Assembly: GCA_963677485.1 (NCBI GenBank) | Contig: OY781964.1 | Coordinates: forward strand, 1,632,001 to 1,696,000 | From: Armatimonadota bacterium | GTDB lineage: Bacteria; Armatimonadota; HRBIN16 | Length of the DNA stretch: 64,000 nt | Reading direction: 5' to 3' | Shown: positions 49,113 to 58,618 of the stretch, piece after piece | How positions within the stretch are numbered: the stretch's first letter is position 1 | How the letters are laid out: every line of letters starts with the position of its first letter | The notes under the pieces: model-generated | What the model saw: only the letters and a program-made list of their open reading frames with translations | The model's database searches: none | Told to the model about the DNA's origin: nothing | Made by a program: the position numbers and the translations under genes

Positions 49113-50245
49113 AACGAATTTTAGTATTAGTATTGATACTGCTCATGAGCATGAGCTGTTTCAGTGAGCCGAACCCGAAAGGTCTAATCGCGATCATCCA
49201 AAACAAGTACGCATGGCTCCCGAAAGATGATGCGCCGTATGTGGAACTGGATTCACGAGAAACAACCCAGTACAAGGTTTGTTACCCGCAATCCAAACTC
49301 TATTTCATTTTCGACAAGGACGCCACTTTGGCATATGCTGACTTCTATTCAAGCACCACCCGAGAGAAACCAGTGGATTTCCTTGCGCAGATCAATGAAG
49401 ACTTCATATGGAAGTTAAGGCCAGACCTGCCGAGGGACAACATGATACCAATAAGCGATGACGGGGTCTATTACCTATTACGGGCTGATGGTGTGGTCGA
49501 TCCTGGTGTCTGGATGTGGATGTTCAAGGAGCACGGTGTTATCACAACTTGTATGGCCGGCAACAAGCCAAATAATCAGCCTGCTCCCGCGGTGAAGATC
49601 ACTGAAGCGGAGGCACGGACCATCAGCCAGGCGGTCGCCAAAGACTATGTGAGTAAGGGTAACTATGGGGTGATTTCATTGTGGCCGTACGCCTTTGAAC
49701 AGCACAAACGTCGTAGCCTTGCGGAGATTCACACTGACAGTCTAGGAAGCACCTACGTTCGCTACCAGTTTACATACCGGTTGAGCGATAAACCTGAAGA
49801 GGACAAAACCCGCTCGCTGCCGCAGCTCGATGTCTCGGTGAACGCCACGACGGGGGAGGTAGCCTATGCCCACATTATGGCCTCGACCGAAAAGGGTGTC
49901 CAAACTGACAAGCCCGTCAGCCAGTTCCCTGCGGTCACAGTGACCCGTAATACCAGCGAGGTAACACTAGGCTTCCCGTGTGTTCTCGATGATGCTCAGG
50001 TCTACGTGCTATTGGCTGCGGTTCAGTCATTGGCGAAAGGGCATACGGTCACCGCTATAGCGAAAGCCATGGCATTCACGCTTGACGGCTCGAAGAAAGT
50101 GCTGCCTGCTGCCATTATCAGCCGCAAGGGCCTGCTCTACCTGCCCTGGCAGGCGTTGAATAGCCTTCCAGGCGTGTCAGCGCAGTTTGATGCCAAGCTG
50201 GCGAAGCTGGAGATCACCACACCGGCGGGCAAGAAGGCGAAGTAG
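49109..50245 (+). CDS. Secreted paralog of the preceding protein
   Basis: Shared W.LRPDLP, VNATTGEV, LYLPWQALNSLPGV; ATGA overlap. Confidence 0.72.
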   Translation: MKRILVLVLILLMSMSCFSEPNPKGLIAIIQNKYAWLPKDDAPYVELDSRETTQYKVCYPQSKLYFIFDKDATLAYADFYSSTTREKPVDFLAQINEDFIWKLRPDLPRDNMIPISDDGVYYLLRADGVVDPGVWMWMFKEHGVITTCMAGNKPNNQPAPAVKITEAEARTISQAVAKDYVSKGNYGVISLWPYAFEQHKRRSLAEIHTDSLGSTYVRYQFTYRLSDKPEEDKTRSLPQLDVSVNATTGEVAYAHIMASTEKGVQTDKPVSQFPAVTVTRNTSEVTLGFPCVLDDAQVYVLLAAVQSLAKGHTVTAIAKAMAFTLDGSKKVLPAAIISRKGLLYLPWQALNSLPGVSAQFDAKLAKLEITTPAGKKAK

Positions 50246-50293
50246 GCGGATGACCCCTGGGAATGCCATTCTCCCGATTGGCATTCCCTCCCC

Positions 50294-50706
50294 ATCCGTG
50301 TTTATTCGTGTCTATCCGTGGTTAAAGAGTCCTTACTAAACACGCGTGGCCTTAGGTTAACCGCCAGACCGCGGGGGGATTCGTCTGAACCACGGATTAC
50401 ACGGATTAATAGGATGACACGGATGGGAAAGGTGAGGGAAGAAAACTGCACCTCTCCCTCTCCATCCGAACCCATCCGTGCCATCCATGTAATCCTTGGT
50501 TCAGACAAAAAACCGCGCGGCCAAATTCCCATTGCGTCCTTGCCCCCCTGCGCCATTGCGTTGGAATCCTACCGGGCCAAGAGATAACCACCTTGGATCA
50601 AGACCGGCGCGGTCTGTTCCTGCACAGCCAAAGTTAGCGTACCGAAAGACCGCCCCGGACATAGCCAATAAATCGCCTGTCTGCGTCATCTGCGAAATCT
50701 GTGGAT
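50294..50706. repeat. Mosaic of 9/10-mer periodic inverted repeats
   Basis: cacggatta-type run at 50391-50426 pairs with atccgtgcc/atccatgta/atccttggtt at 50474-50506. Confidence 0.75.
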
Positions 50707-50766
50707 TGTGATTCATTCGTCCCGTCAAGTTATACTATGTTAGATTAACCTGCCGGAGGCATCTTC

Positions 50767-53235
50767 ATGGCCAACATTCATCTCGTTTGCAACGCACATC
50801 TCGACCCCGTTTGGATGTGGGAGTGGGAAGAAGGGGCGGCTGCAGCCATCTCTACTTTCCGCACCGCTGCCGATATCTGCGAAAAGTTCGAGCACTTTAT
50901 CTTCAACCACAACGAAGCGGTGCTCTATGAATGGATAGAGGAGTTCGAACCCTCGCTCTTTGCCCGCATCCAAAAGCTGGTCGCGGAGGGCAAATGGCAC
51001 ATCATGGGCGGATGGTATATCCAGCCCGACTGTAACATGCCCAGCGGCGAATCCATCCTGAGACAGATTCAAGCTGGACGAAACTATTTCGCCGAGAAAT
51101 TCGGCAAGAAGCCCACCACCGCCATCAACTTCGACCCGTTTGGCCACTCGCAGGGCATGGTGCAGCTTCTAGCCAAAACCGGCTATGACAGCTACATCTT
51201 CTGCCGCGGCATCGATGGCGGCTCCTACAACTACCCGTTCGTGTGGAAAGGCTACTGCGACAGCCAGGTGATCGGCCTGCATGTGCCCGGCTACAACAGC
51301 CCGCTAGGCAAGGCCGCGGATTGGGCTAAAGCGCGCGGGGCCGATCTGCATGGCGATGGTCCCTTCATGGTGCTCTGGGGCGTGGGCGACCACGGCGGCG
51401 GGCCATCTCATCAGGACGTGGCCGATCTGGGATCGGTGCTGGGCGAACATGGTGAGCATGTGTTCCTGCACAGCGTGCCGGAGAGCTATTTCGCGGAGAT
51501 CAAGAAGAACATCGACAACCTGCCTGTGGTGGCTAAGAGCCTGAACCCCAGCATGGTGGGATGCTATACCAGCCAGTGCCGTATCAAGCAGACCCATCGG
51601 CTGCTGGAAAACGAGCTGCTGCTGACCGAGAAAATCTGCACGAACGCCGCGCTTCAGGGGTATATGAACTATCCCGCCGAAAATGTGCTGCAGGCTCAGC
51701 GCGATCTGCTGTTCTCTGAGTTCCACGACATCCTTCCTGGCAGCTCTGTGCAGTTGGTAGAGGACGCCTCCCTGCGCAAGATGCAGCACGCTCTGGAGCA
51801 CCTCTCCACCGAGCGGGCGAAGGCGTTCTTCGCGCTCTGCGCTGGCCAGCCTGCTGCTCAGCCGGGTGAAATCCCGGTGGTGGTCTACAACCCGCACCCA
51901 TATCCTGTGAAGGCGCTGGTGGAGTGTGAGTTCCAACTGGCTGACCAAAACTGGGCAGACAACTTCACCGTCACCCCCGTCACCAAAGACGGCGTGGAGC
52001 TGAAAAGCCAGAACCTGAAGGAACACGCGAACCTGAACCTGGACTGGCGCAAGCGGGTGGCCTTCTGGGCCGAACTGGCTCCCAGCCAGATCAACCGGTT
52101 CGACTGCCGCACAGTCTCGCTGCCAGCAAAACCGGCCATGCCAGAGCAGGACGAAACAAAAGACATCGTGCTGAGCAACGACCGGCTGCAGATGATCGTC
52201 AGCCGCGAGACGGGCATGATATCCAGCTATGTGGTGGATGGTGTGGAGATGATCGCCGACAAGGCGATGCGTCTGCTGGTCATTCAGGACAACGAGGACC
52301 CGTGGGGCATGACCGTGAACAGCTTCCGCGATGTCATCGGCAGCTTCACGCCGATGAGTCCGGAGCGTTCGGCTCAGTTCAGCGGGGTGCGAGCGTCCTC
52401 CCTGCCAGCCACCCGCATCGTGGAACATGGCGATGTGATCACGATGGTCGAAAGCTGCCTGGAGTTCGAGTACAGCAGCGCCTGTGTGCAGTTCCTGTTC
52501 CCCACAGAGGGCATCGAAGTTGAGATCCGGCTGAACCTGTTCTGGAACGAAAAGAACCGTATGTGCAAGCTGGCGGTTGGCCGTGATGTGGAACTGGCGC
52601 AAGCGGTGGGTCAGGTGATGTTCGGCACCGAGCTGCTGGCCGCGTCCGGTGATGAGCTGGTGGCCCAGAAGTGGGTGGCCTCGCAGTATGCCGATGGCCG
52701 CAGCCTGAGCATCGTAAATGACGGCACCTACGGTCTGAGCATCGAACCGTGCGGTGAAGTGCGCCTCAGTCTGCTGCGGAGCACCGCCTACTCCGGCCAC
52801 CCGATTGGCGACCGGCCAATCATGCCTCAGAACCGCTACATGCCGCGCATCGACCAGGGCGAACGGCACTTCAAGTTCTGGCTGAACGCCGGATGCACCG
52901 ACTCGCGCATGATGGAGATCGACCGTGAGGCACTGGCCCACAACGAGAAGCCGATCATCCTCAGCTTCTTCCCGCATGGCGGTGGTGAGATGCCTCTGCC
53001 AGGGATGCTGTGTGAAGGTGAGGGTGTGCAAGTCACCGCGCTGCAGTTCATCGAGGGCGGCTCCGCGCTGCTGATGCGGCTGTTCAACCCCACGCAGAAC
53101 ACCCTGCCGGCGAAGCTGAGCATCCCCGCACTAAAGGCGGAGATCAGCACCAGTCTGCGACCACTGGAGCTGCAGGCGTTCCGCGTGGAGAACCCCTCCG
53201 GCGCGGTGCGCGCCTGCGACCTTCTGGGTAACTAG
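50767..53235 (+). CDS. GH38 alpha-mannosidase
   Basis: NAHLDPVWMW, GGWYIQPDCNMPSGES, DPFGHS, GVGDHGGGP, FHDILPGS. Confidence 0.95.
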   Translation: MANIHLVCNAHLDPVWMWEWEEGAAAAISTFRTAADICEKFEHFIFNHNEAVLYEWIEEFEPSLFARIQKLVAEGKWHIMGGWYIQPDCNMPSGESILRQIQAGRNYFAEKFGKKPTTAINFDPFGHSQGMVQLLAKTGYDSYIFCRGIDGGSYNYPFVWKGYCDSQVIGLHVPGYNSPLGKAADWAKARGADLHGDGPFMVLWGVGDHGGGPSHQDVADLGSVLGEHGEHVFLHSVPESYFAEIKKNIDNLPVVAKSLNPSMVGCYTSQCRIKQTHRLLENELLLTEKICTNAALQGYMNYPAENVLQAQRDLLFSEFHDILPGSSVQLVEDASLRKMQHALEHLSTERAKAFFALCAGQPAAQPGEIPVVVYNPHPYPVKALVECEFQLADQNWADNFTVTPVTKDGVELKSQNLKEHANLNLDWRKRVAFWAELAPSQINRFDCRTVSLPAKPAMPEQDETKDIVLSNDRLQMIVSRETGMISSYVVDGVEMIADKAMRLLVIQDNEDPWGMTVNSFRDVIGSFTPMSPERSAQFSGVRASSLPATRIVEHGDVITMVESCLEFEYSSACVQFLFPTEGIEVEIRLNLFWNEKNRMCKLAVGRDVELAQAVGQVMFGTELLAASGDELVAQKWVASQYADGRSLSIVNDGTYGLSIEPCGEVRLSLLRSTAYSGHPIGDRPIMPQNRYMPRIDQGERHFKFWLNAGCTDSRMMEIDREALAHNEKPIILSFFPHGGGEMPLPGMLCEGEGVQVTALQFIEGGSALLMRLFNPTQNTLPAKLSIPALKAEISTSLRPLELQAFRVENPSGAVRACDLLGN

Positions 53236-53247
53236 CCAGAATGCAAT

Positions 53248-53275
53248 TTAGGGGCACCGCGTGCGGTGCCCCTAA
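53248..53275. terminator. Hairpin between convergent genes
   Basis: ttaggggcaccgc-gt-gcggtgcccctaa. Confidence 0.6.
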
Positions 53276-53314
53276 CGGTTTGAGCCGATTTCATAACTAT
53301 CCCCGGCAGCAGCG

Positions 53315-55168
53315 CTACCTTTCGTAATGGTAGTTGAATACCCTCGCTGGCGCGCTGTTGCCATTGATGCCGAACTCTTTAATATCTCCCAGCTTCTGTA
53401 TGTTGTCCACCCAGTGAAAGTTGAACGCCATTTTACCCGTGTTTTTATAGCCCAGTAGTGACTTGGGAATGCGTATCTCCATCTTGTTTCCGAGCACTCT
53501 GTAGGTGACCTTACCGACGGTCTGCCATTGCCAACCTCCGCCCAGGTTCTTCTTGACGGTGGTCGTGCTAGCGTTCAGAGCCGGGCAGTTGATGAGGTAG
53601 TCATACCCCTTCCAGCCGGTGGAGTGCTTGCAGTCGCTGTCGATATACAGCATCATCCAGTTGGGGTCATTGTAGCTGGTGATGGGCTGTCTGGTCTGGG
53701 CGTAGAAGTATATGTATTGCGAATCCGTGGCGACTTTGAGCACGTTGAACTCGTTGCGGCCGGTGGTGTTGGTGTAGTGCAGCCGCGGTTTTTTGGGGTC
53801 GGCATCCACAAATCCCCAGCCATCATGGTCGCGGTGCAGCGCTGCTCCCACCATAGAGTTATATTCGGGTCGTACGCTGCTCCAGTCGCTGAAGTCGCCC
53901 TTCATCTTGATGGTCTTCGGAGAGCTGGCGGCTTCCGGCTTGCGCACGCCCTTGAACCTGCGGATGTAGCTGGCAAGCTGGTAGTAATACAGGTCACCGT
54001 GCCCGCCTTTTTGCGGTTCGATGTCACGGCTGAACTCTTCGGAATATGAATCGACGAACAACGAGTTGCCCTTATCGCCAGGAAAGCGCAGCTTACGCGT
54101 CCACATCCACTCGTTGGGGATGGGCTCTTTATTGTCCTCAAGGCGCTGACCTATCCACTCATTCCAGGCTGACACATACACGAACTTGGGGTTTACTTGC
54201 AGAACCCTTTGCCATTGGTCCGCGAAGTTATGGCCCTTGAAGTCGCGCTGCTCAGGCGGCGGCTCGACACCGTCATGGAAACTGCGTCCGCGAGCGGTGA
54301 TTGTGCTGACATAGTTCAACTGAGCAGCCGGCGAAACCGGCATCTCTTCCGGCACTCCGGGGACATGCCAGCCGTAGGGTTGAGGGAACCACTCGATGAA
54401 CGACCACTGGTCGGCTGCCGGCAACCGTTCCTTCTCGGCAGTGGGTAGGTTCATCCGTTCGGCGGCGTTGTTGAAGCTCCATGTCCGCCGAAACGTGAAG
54501 TAGGCCTTGACCTTCGCATCCACTCCGTCCGAGGGGCACAGAATGAGCGGCTTTCCTTGATAGATGAACCAGTTTTTGCTGTATTTGCCGGATTTGAAGA
54601 ATTCTTCGTACACCTCACCAACCCGGCGCACATGGTTGGTGTTCAGGAAGAATACCACTTTGGGAGGGTTGCCACCCTCCTTGCGGATCTGGTCTAGCGT
54701 TTCCAGAAGCACCCTCACGGTGGAGGCGTAGGTTTCGTTGTTGGTGATGTCAATCGCAATGATGTCCACCCCCGCCAGCATCAGCAGCTCCATGTGCTTA
54801 CGGATCACCCAGGTGTCTTTAGAGAGATAGTATCCCAGCTCCGGTTGATCCCAGTAATGGAACTCATACAGGCCGCCCCATTTTGGGTTAGCGGGGTTTG
54901 CAGCCAGAATCTGCGTGGTATTAAATGGGCCACCGCGGTTCGCTCCCATGCCAGCCGAGACACTGTCATCAAACCAGGGCTCGTAGGTGATGATCACGTG
55001 CTTCTCCGGGTCCAGCGGGCCGCACTCCTTGTATCCCGGGAGGGCTCTACCCAGTGCATCGGTGGCAACCAGGGTATCGCCTTTCAGGTCGTAAGCATGG
55101 GCACCAGTTTGGCCAAGGCCACACAGCAAAGTGGCGCATATCAGAGCGGGAACTGCGAGCTGTTTCAT
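53315..55168 (-). CDS. Secreted putative glycoside hydrolase (GH99/GH71-like barrel)
   Basis: VATDALGRALP, HYWDQPELGYY, AGVDIIAID, AWNEW, EFSRDIEP. Confidence 0.65.
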   Translation of the reverse strand: MKQLAVPALICATLLCGLGQTGAHAYDLKGDTLVATDALGRALPGYKECGPLDPEKHVIITYEPWFDDSVSAGMGANRGGPFNTTQILAANPANPKWGGLYEFHYWDQPELGYYLSKDTWVIRKHMELLMLAGVDIIAIDITNNETYASTVRVLLETLDQIRKEGGNPPKVVFFLNTNHVRRVGEVYEEFFKSGKYSKNWFIYQGKPLILCPSDGVDAKVKAYFTFRRTWSFNNAAERMNLPTAEKERLPAADQWSFIEWFPQPYGWHVPGVPEEMPVSPAAQLNYVSTITARGRSFHDGVEPPPEQRDFKGHNFADQWQRVLQVNPKFVYVSAWNEWIGQRLEDNKEPIPNEWMWTRKLRFPGDKGNSLFVDSYSEEFSRDIEPQKGGHGDLYYYQLASYIRRFKGVRKPEAASSPKTIKMKGDFSDWSSVRPEYNSMVGAALHRDHDGWGFVDADPKKPRLHYTNTTGRNEFNVLKVATDSQYIYFYAQTRQPITSYNDPNWMMLYIDSDCKHSTGWKGYDYLINCPALNASTTTVKKNLGGGWQWQTVGKVTYRVLGNKMEIRIPKSLLGYKNTGKMAFNFHWVDNIQKLGDIKEFGINGNSAPARVFNYHYER

Positions 55169-55304
55169 AAATCAAACCCCTTCACGTCAGCAGAGAGTCA
55201 AGACACTGCATCACATTATAACGCCATAGTGGAATTACTTACCAGGAAGGCATCTACATTGCGGAAATAGTTACCAAGTTTCTACTGGCTTTGTGTGGGT
55301 ATGG

Positions 55305-55508
55305 TCTCACGCGAAGACGCGAAGACGCGAAGGGGAGGATTCATCCACAGATTACGCAGATTACACAGATCATTCAACGCGGAGGGGCAGGTATAGCTGA
55401 GCGACGTGGAGTTTGCCTTATGGAAGACTGCGCCAGGTTATCTCCTCTTTACACGATGCATCTGTGTAATCTGTGTAATCTGTGGATAAATCCTTCTCTT
55501 CGCGTGAG
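55305..55508. repeat. Nested 9-mer periodic inverted repeat
   Basis: ctcacgcgaag...atccacagattacgcagattacacagat...atctgtgtaatctgtgtaatctgtggat...cttcgcgtgag. Confidence 0.8.
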
Positions 55509-55588
55509 TAAAACTGCGGTATTGCCCTGCACGCCACATCGTGTTAGAGTGTGAGTTAAGTGCCAGCCACAACTGCGGAGTATTACTG

Positions 55589-56743
55589 ATGACTACACGG
55601 ACCACCCGAATTGCCTCGCTAGTCGAAGAAGTGAAGAACGCCTACCCACCCGAGCGTCTCGCGGCCTCCAAGCACCGCATGTCAGCGGCCTGGGCCGGGG
55701 AGCCGTCGTCAGACGCCATCCCCTTTGTGTTCCGATGCCTCCCGCCACCGGCCGACCCAGAGCTGGCGGCCTGTGCGGCTCAGACCACCCATGAGGAGGC
55801 GCTGCTTTGCCAGTTGGGCATGATCCTGGAGCGCAGCGTGCTCAATGACGACTACGTGCCGGGGCTTTCGCCAGGTCTGCGCCAACTGACCCTGCCTTCT
55901 CTTTTCGGGGCCAGGGATGAGAACCACGGCGGGCACGATTGGGTCATGCCGTTGATCACTGAACCCGATGATGTCTACCGGCTGTCCGAGCCCAACTACG
56001 GTGGGGGCACCATGGCCGCGTTCATGCTGGAGAGGGCGAACTATTTTCTGGAGATGACCGATGGGCAGATCGGTGTGAACATCCCCGACCTGCAGGGGCC
56101 GTTTTCGGTCGCCAGCCAGCTCTGGGGCGTTCAGGAGTTCCTGATGGCCGTGTACGAGTACCCTGAGCACGTAGCCGAGTTGATGCGCCGCACCACGGAG
56201 GCCACGATCGGTTATATCAGCCAGCTTCGTGAGGCGATAGGCGAGCATCTGGTGCCAATCCACTGCCATCCTGACGCCTGGATGCCTTCTACTGCAGGGA
56301 TGTGCATCAGCGAGGACCTGATTGCGGTGGTCTCGCCGAGGATCTGCCGTGAGTATATCAACCCAAGCCTGGATGCGGTGGGACGCGCCTTCGGCCAATG
56401 TTATGCGCACACCTGCGGAGACGCCCAGCCCTGCGTGGATGCGCTGCTGGAAGTGGAGCACCTGAAGGGCATGAACTTCAGCACATGCGAAACCAACTTC
56501 GAGCAGGTCGCCGCCCGTACCAAAGAGCAATGGGTGCTGTTCCCGCACAGGTCGCCTGTGGCTACCGCCCACATGCGTATTCTGAGCCCAGAGGAGCACG
56601 TTCAGACTGCGTTCCGTGCGATGCGAACCCACCATGTGCCGGGGTTTGTGCATGTGGACCGCTGGCCTGATTACCTGCCGCCGTCACACCCGGATATGCA
56701 GGCGTTTTGTGCTCGCGTGCGGGATTGGGCCAACGGCATGTAG
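55589..56743 (+). CDS. URO-D/MtaA-like protein
   Basis: PDLQGPFSVASQLWG, FLMAVYEYPE, SEDLIAVVSP, AHTCG. Confidence 0.75.
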   Translation: MTTRTTRIASLVEEVKNAYPPERLAASKHRMSAAWAGEPSSDAIPFVFRCLPPPADPELAACAAQTTHEEALLCQLGMILERSVLNDDYVPGLSPGLRQLTLPSLFGARDENHGGHDWVMPLITEPDDVYRLSEPNYGGGTMAAFMLERANYFLEMTDGQIGVNIPDLQGPFSVASQLWGVQEFLMAVYEYPEHVAELMRRTTEATIGYISQLREAIGEHLVPIHCHPDAWMPSTAGMCISEDLIAVVSPRICREYINPSLDAVGRAFGQCYAHTCGDAQPCVDALLEVEHLKGMNFSTCETNFEQVAARTKEQWVLFPHRSPVATAHMRILSPEEHVQTAFRAMRTHHVPGFVHVDRWPDYLPPSHPDMQAFCARVRDWANGM

Positions 56744-56831
56744 GGGCAGGCCCCTGTGCCTGCCCAGTCGGGGCGACTTGAATCAGGGCGACCACAGGGG
56801 GATCGCCCCTACCATTATCGAAAGGACACCA

Positions 56832-57956
56832 ATGTCAAACAGCATATACCGCGAACGCTTTCGCCTGACCTTGGATCACAAGCCGGTCGACCGGTGCCCC
56901 ATCGACCTGGGCGGCACGCCGCAGTCCACGGTTGACGATGGCTCCGTGATCACCAACCTGGCGAAGCATTTTGGATTCACCGGTCACCCGCCAGCCGATT
57001 ACGACAAATTCGACCGGCGCATCCTGGCGCACTGGGACATCGACTTCAGGCGAGTGGGCTGCCTGGTACCGTTCCAGAACGAGCGCTGCCAGCCGATGCA
57101 GAACAACCAGTTCGTGGACGCCTACGGTATCCGCTATCGCTTCAGCGGGATTTACTGGGAGATGGTCGACAGCCCCCTACATGGCGCCAGCATGGATCAG
57201 CTTGCGGCCTACGAGTTCCCAACTCTAGACATGGTGCCAGCGGGCACACTGGAGGACTGCGCCAAGAGGGCGAAGCAGCTCTATGAGCAGACAGGCTACG
57301 TGATCGCGGGGGAACACCCGGTTTTTGGCGTGCTGGAGCTGGCCTGCTGGCTGTGCGGCTACGACCACATCATGTTGATGTTGGCCAGTGAGCCGGAGTT
57401 TATCCATCTGCTGTTTGGGAAGATACTGGAGTTTCAAAAGCTGGTCATCCGAGCCTATTACGAGAAGCTGGGCCCGTATATACACCTCACCACCAGCGGG
57501 GATGACTTCGGCACGCAAAAGGGGCTGTTCATGTCACCCAGGATGTGGCGCGAGTTCGTGAAGCCGTATATGCGTGAACGCATCAGTTACACCGCGAAGT
57601 TCACCGATGCCGTTTATATACACCACACCTGCGGGGCGGTCTACGACATCATCCCCGACTTGATTGAGATAGGGGTAAAGATACTGAACCCCATCCAGCC
57701 GATGGCCGCGGGCATGGATCCGTTACGGCTCAAGCAGACCTTCGGCGACCAAATCGTGTTCCATGGCGGTCTGGACACGCAGCAGGTTCTACCTGGTGGC
57801 GACAAGCAGCAGATCACCGACGCCGTGCGCAGTCTGCTGGAGGTGATGCACCCCCGCATCGACGGTGGCTATATCTTCGCCGCCGCGCATAATATCCAGG
57901 GGGATGTCTCCGCCGCCTCCGTCGCCGCGATGTATGACGCCGCACTGGGCGGGTAG
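56832..57956 (+). CDS. URO-D family / methylcobamide methyltransferase-like protein
   Basis: RERF..TLDHKPVDRCPIDLGG, GDDFGTQ, HHTCG, ILNPIQ, FHGGLDTQ, GGYIFAAAHNIQ. Confidence 0.88.
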   Translation: MSNSIYRERFRLTLDHKPVDRCPIDLGGTPQSTVDDGSVITNLAKHFGFTGHPPADYDKFDRRILAHWDIDFRRVGCLVPFQNERCQPMQNNQFVDAYGIRYRFSGIYWEMVDSPLHGASMDQLAAYEFPTLDMVPAGTLEDCAKRAKQLYEQTGYVIAGEHPVFGVLELACWLCGYDHIMLMLASEPEFIHLLFGKILEFQKLVIRAYYEKLGPYIHLTTSGDDFGTQKGLFMSPRMWREFVKPYMRERISYTAKFTDAVYIHHTCGAVYDIIPDLIEIGVKILNPIQPMAAGMDPLRLKQTFGDQIVFHGGLDTQQVLPGGDKQQITDAVRSLLEVMHPRIDGGYIFAAAHNIQGDVSAASVAAMYDAALGG

Positions 57957-58185
57957 GGTGGGCATTTCTCACGCGGAGACGCAACCGTTATGATATCGTG
58001 CGATTAGTGTTTTATGAGGCGAACTCGTAGATTTGCCACGGTGTAGATCTTAACTATTTTAGCACGATCTAGTGCTTTCGTCTGCCGGAGTACCTTTGAC
58101 TCGAACTCCTTTCGGGGATCACCACGAGTTATGATTGAGCGGCACCCGAATTTTTACAGACAGAATATTAAGGTAAACTGAGTTC

Positions 58186-58618
58186 ATGAAGACACATCAT
58201 TTGAATGATCCGGATCCGATGTCTGTTCCGACGTCCGAGGTGGAAAGAGCCCCGGAAGGAGCGCGGAGCGCGACTGAAGGGGCGAGTTCCACCCCGGACG
58301 TAAATTTTTTACCGGAGAGCCGACGGTGGTCCTGCCGACGCAAACTTGAGGTGGTTCAACGCTTGATTGGCGGCGAATCCTTGGAGATCGTATCAAGGCA
58401 AATAGGTGTACCGATATATCAGATTGAGGAGTGGCGTGATAGAGTGAGCCCTGGCTGGCATGGAATCCGCTCTGAAGATACGTGTTCAAGATCCCTTAGA
58501 GCATCAGCTCAAAGAGGCCCAGCGACGTATCGGTGAGCAATCTATGGAGATTGAACTCCTATACGAGCGATGTCACCGGAGAGAAGCCCCTTTTACGCGG
58601 GGGAAATTACGGAAATGA
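58186..58618 (+). pseudogene. IS orfA (HTH), frameshifted
   Basis: RRWSCRRKLEVV...WRDR continues as ALAGMESALK...MEIELL only in another frame; 4 extra bases near 58444-58447. Confidence 0.7.

Noticed and set aside
50302-50728. Short ORFs with ITRINRMTRM / QISQMTQ periodicity
   Set aside because: Translations of 9-mer DNA repeats with no downstream protein domain
51304-53031. 575-aa antisense ORF (also 2901-3935, 18793-19830, 35559-36614, 55709-56653)
   Set aside because: Antisense shadows of well-supported genes, expected with GC-biased codon usage
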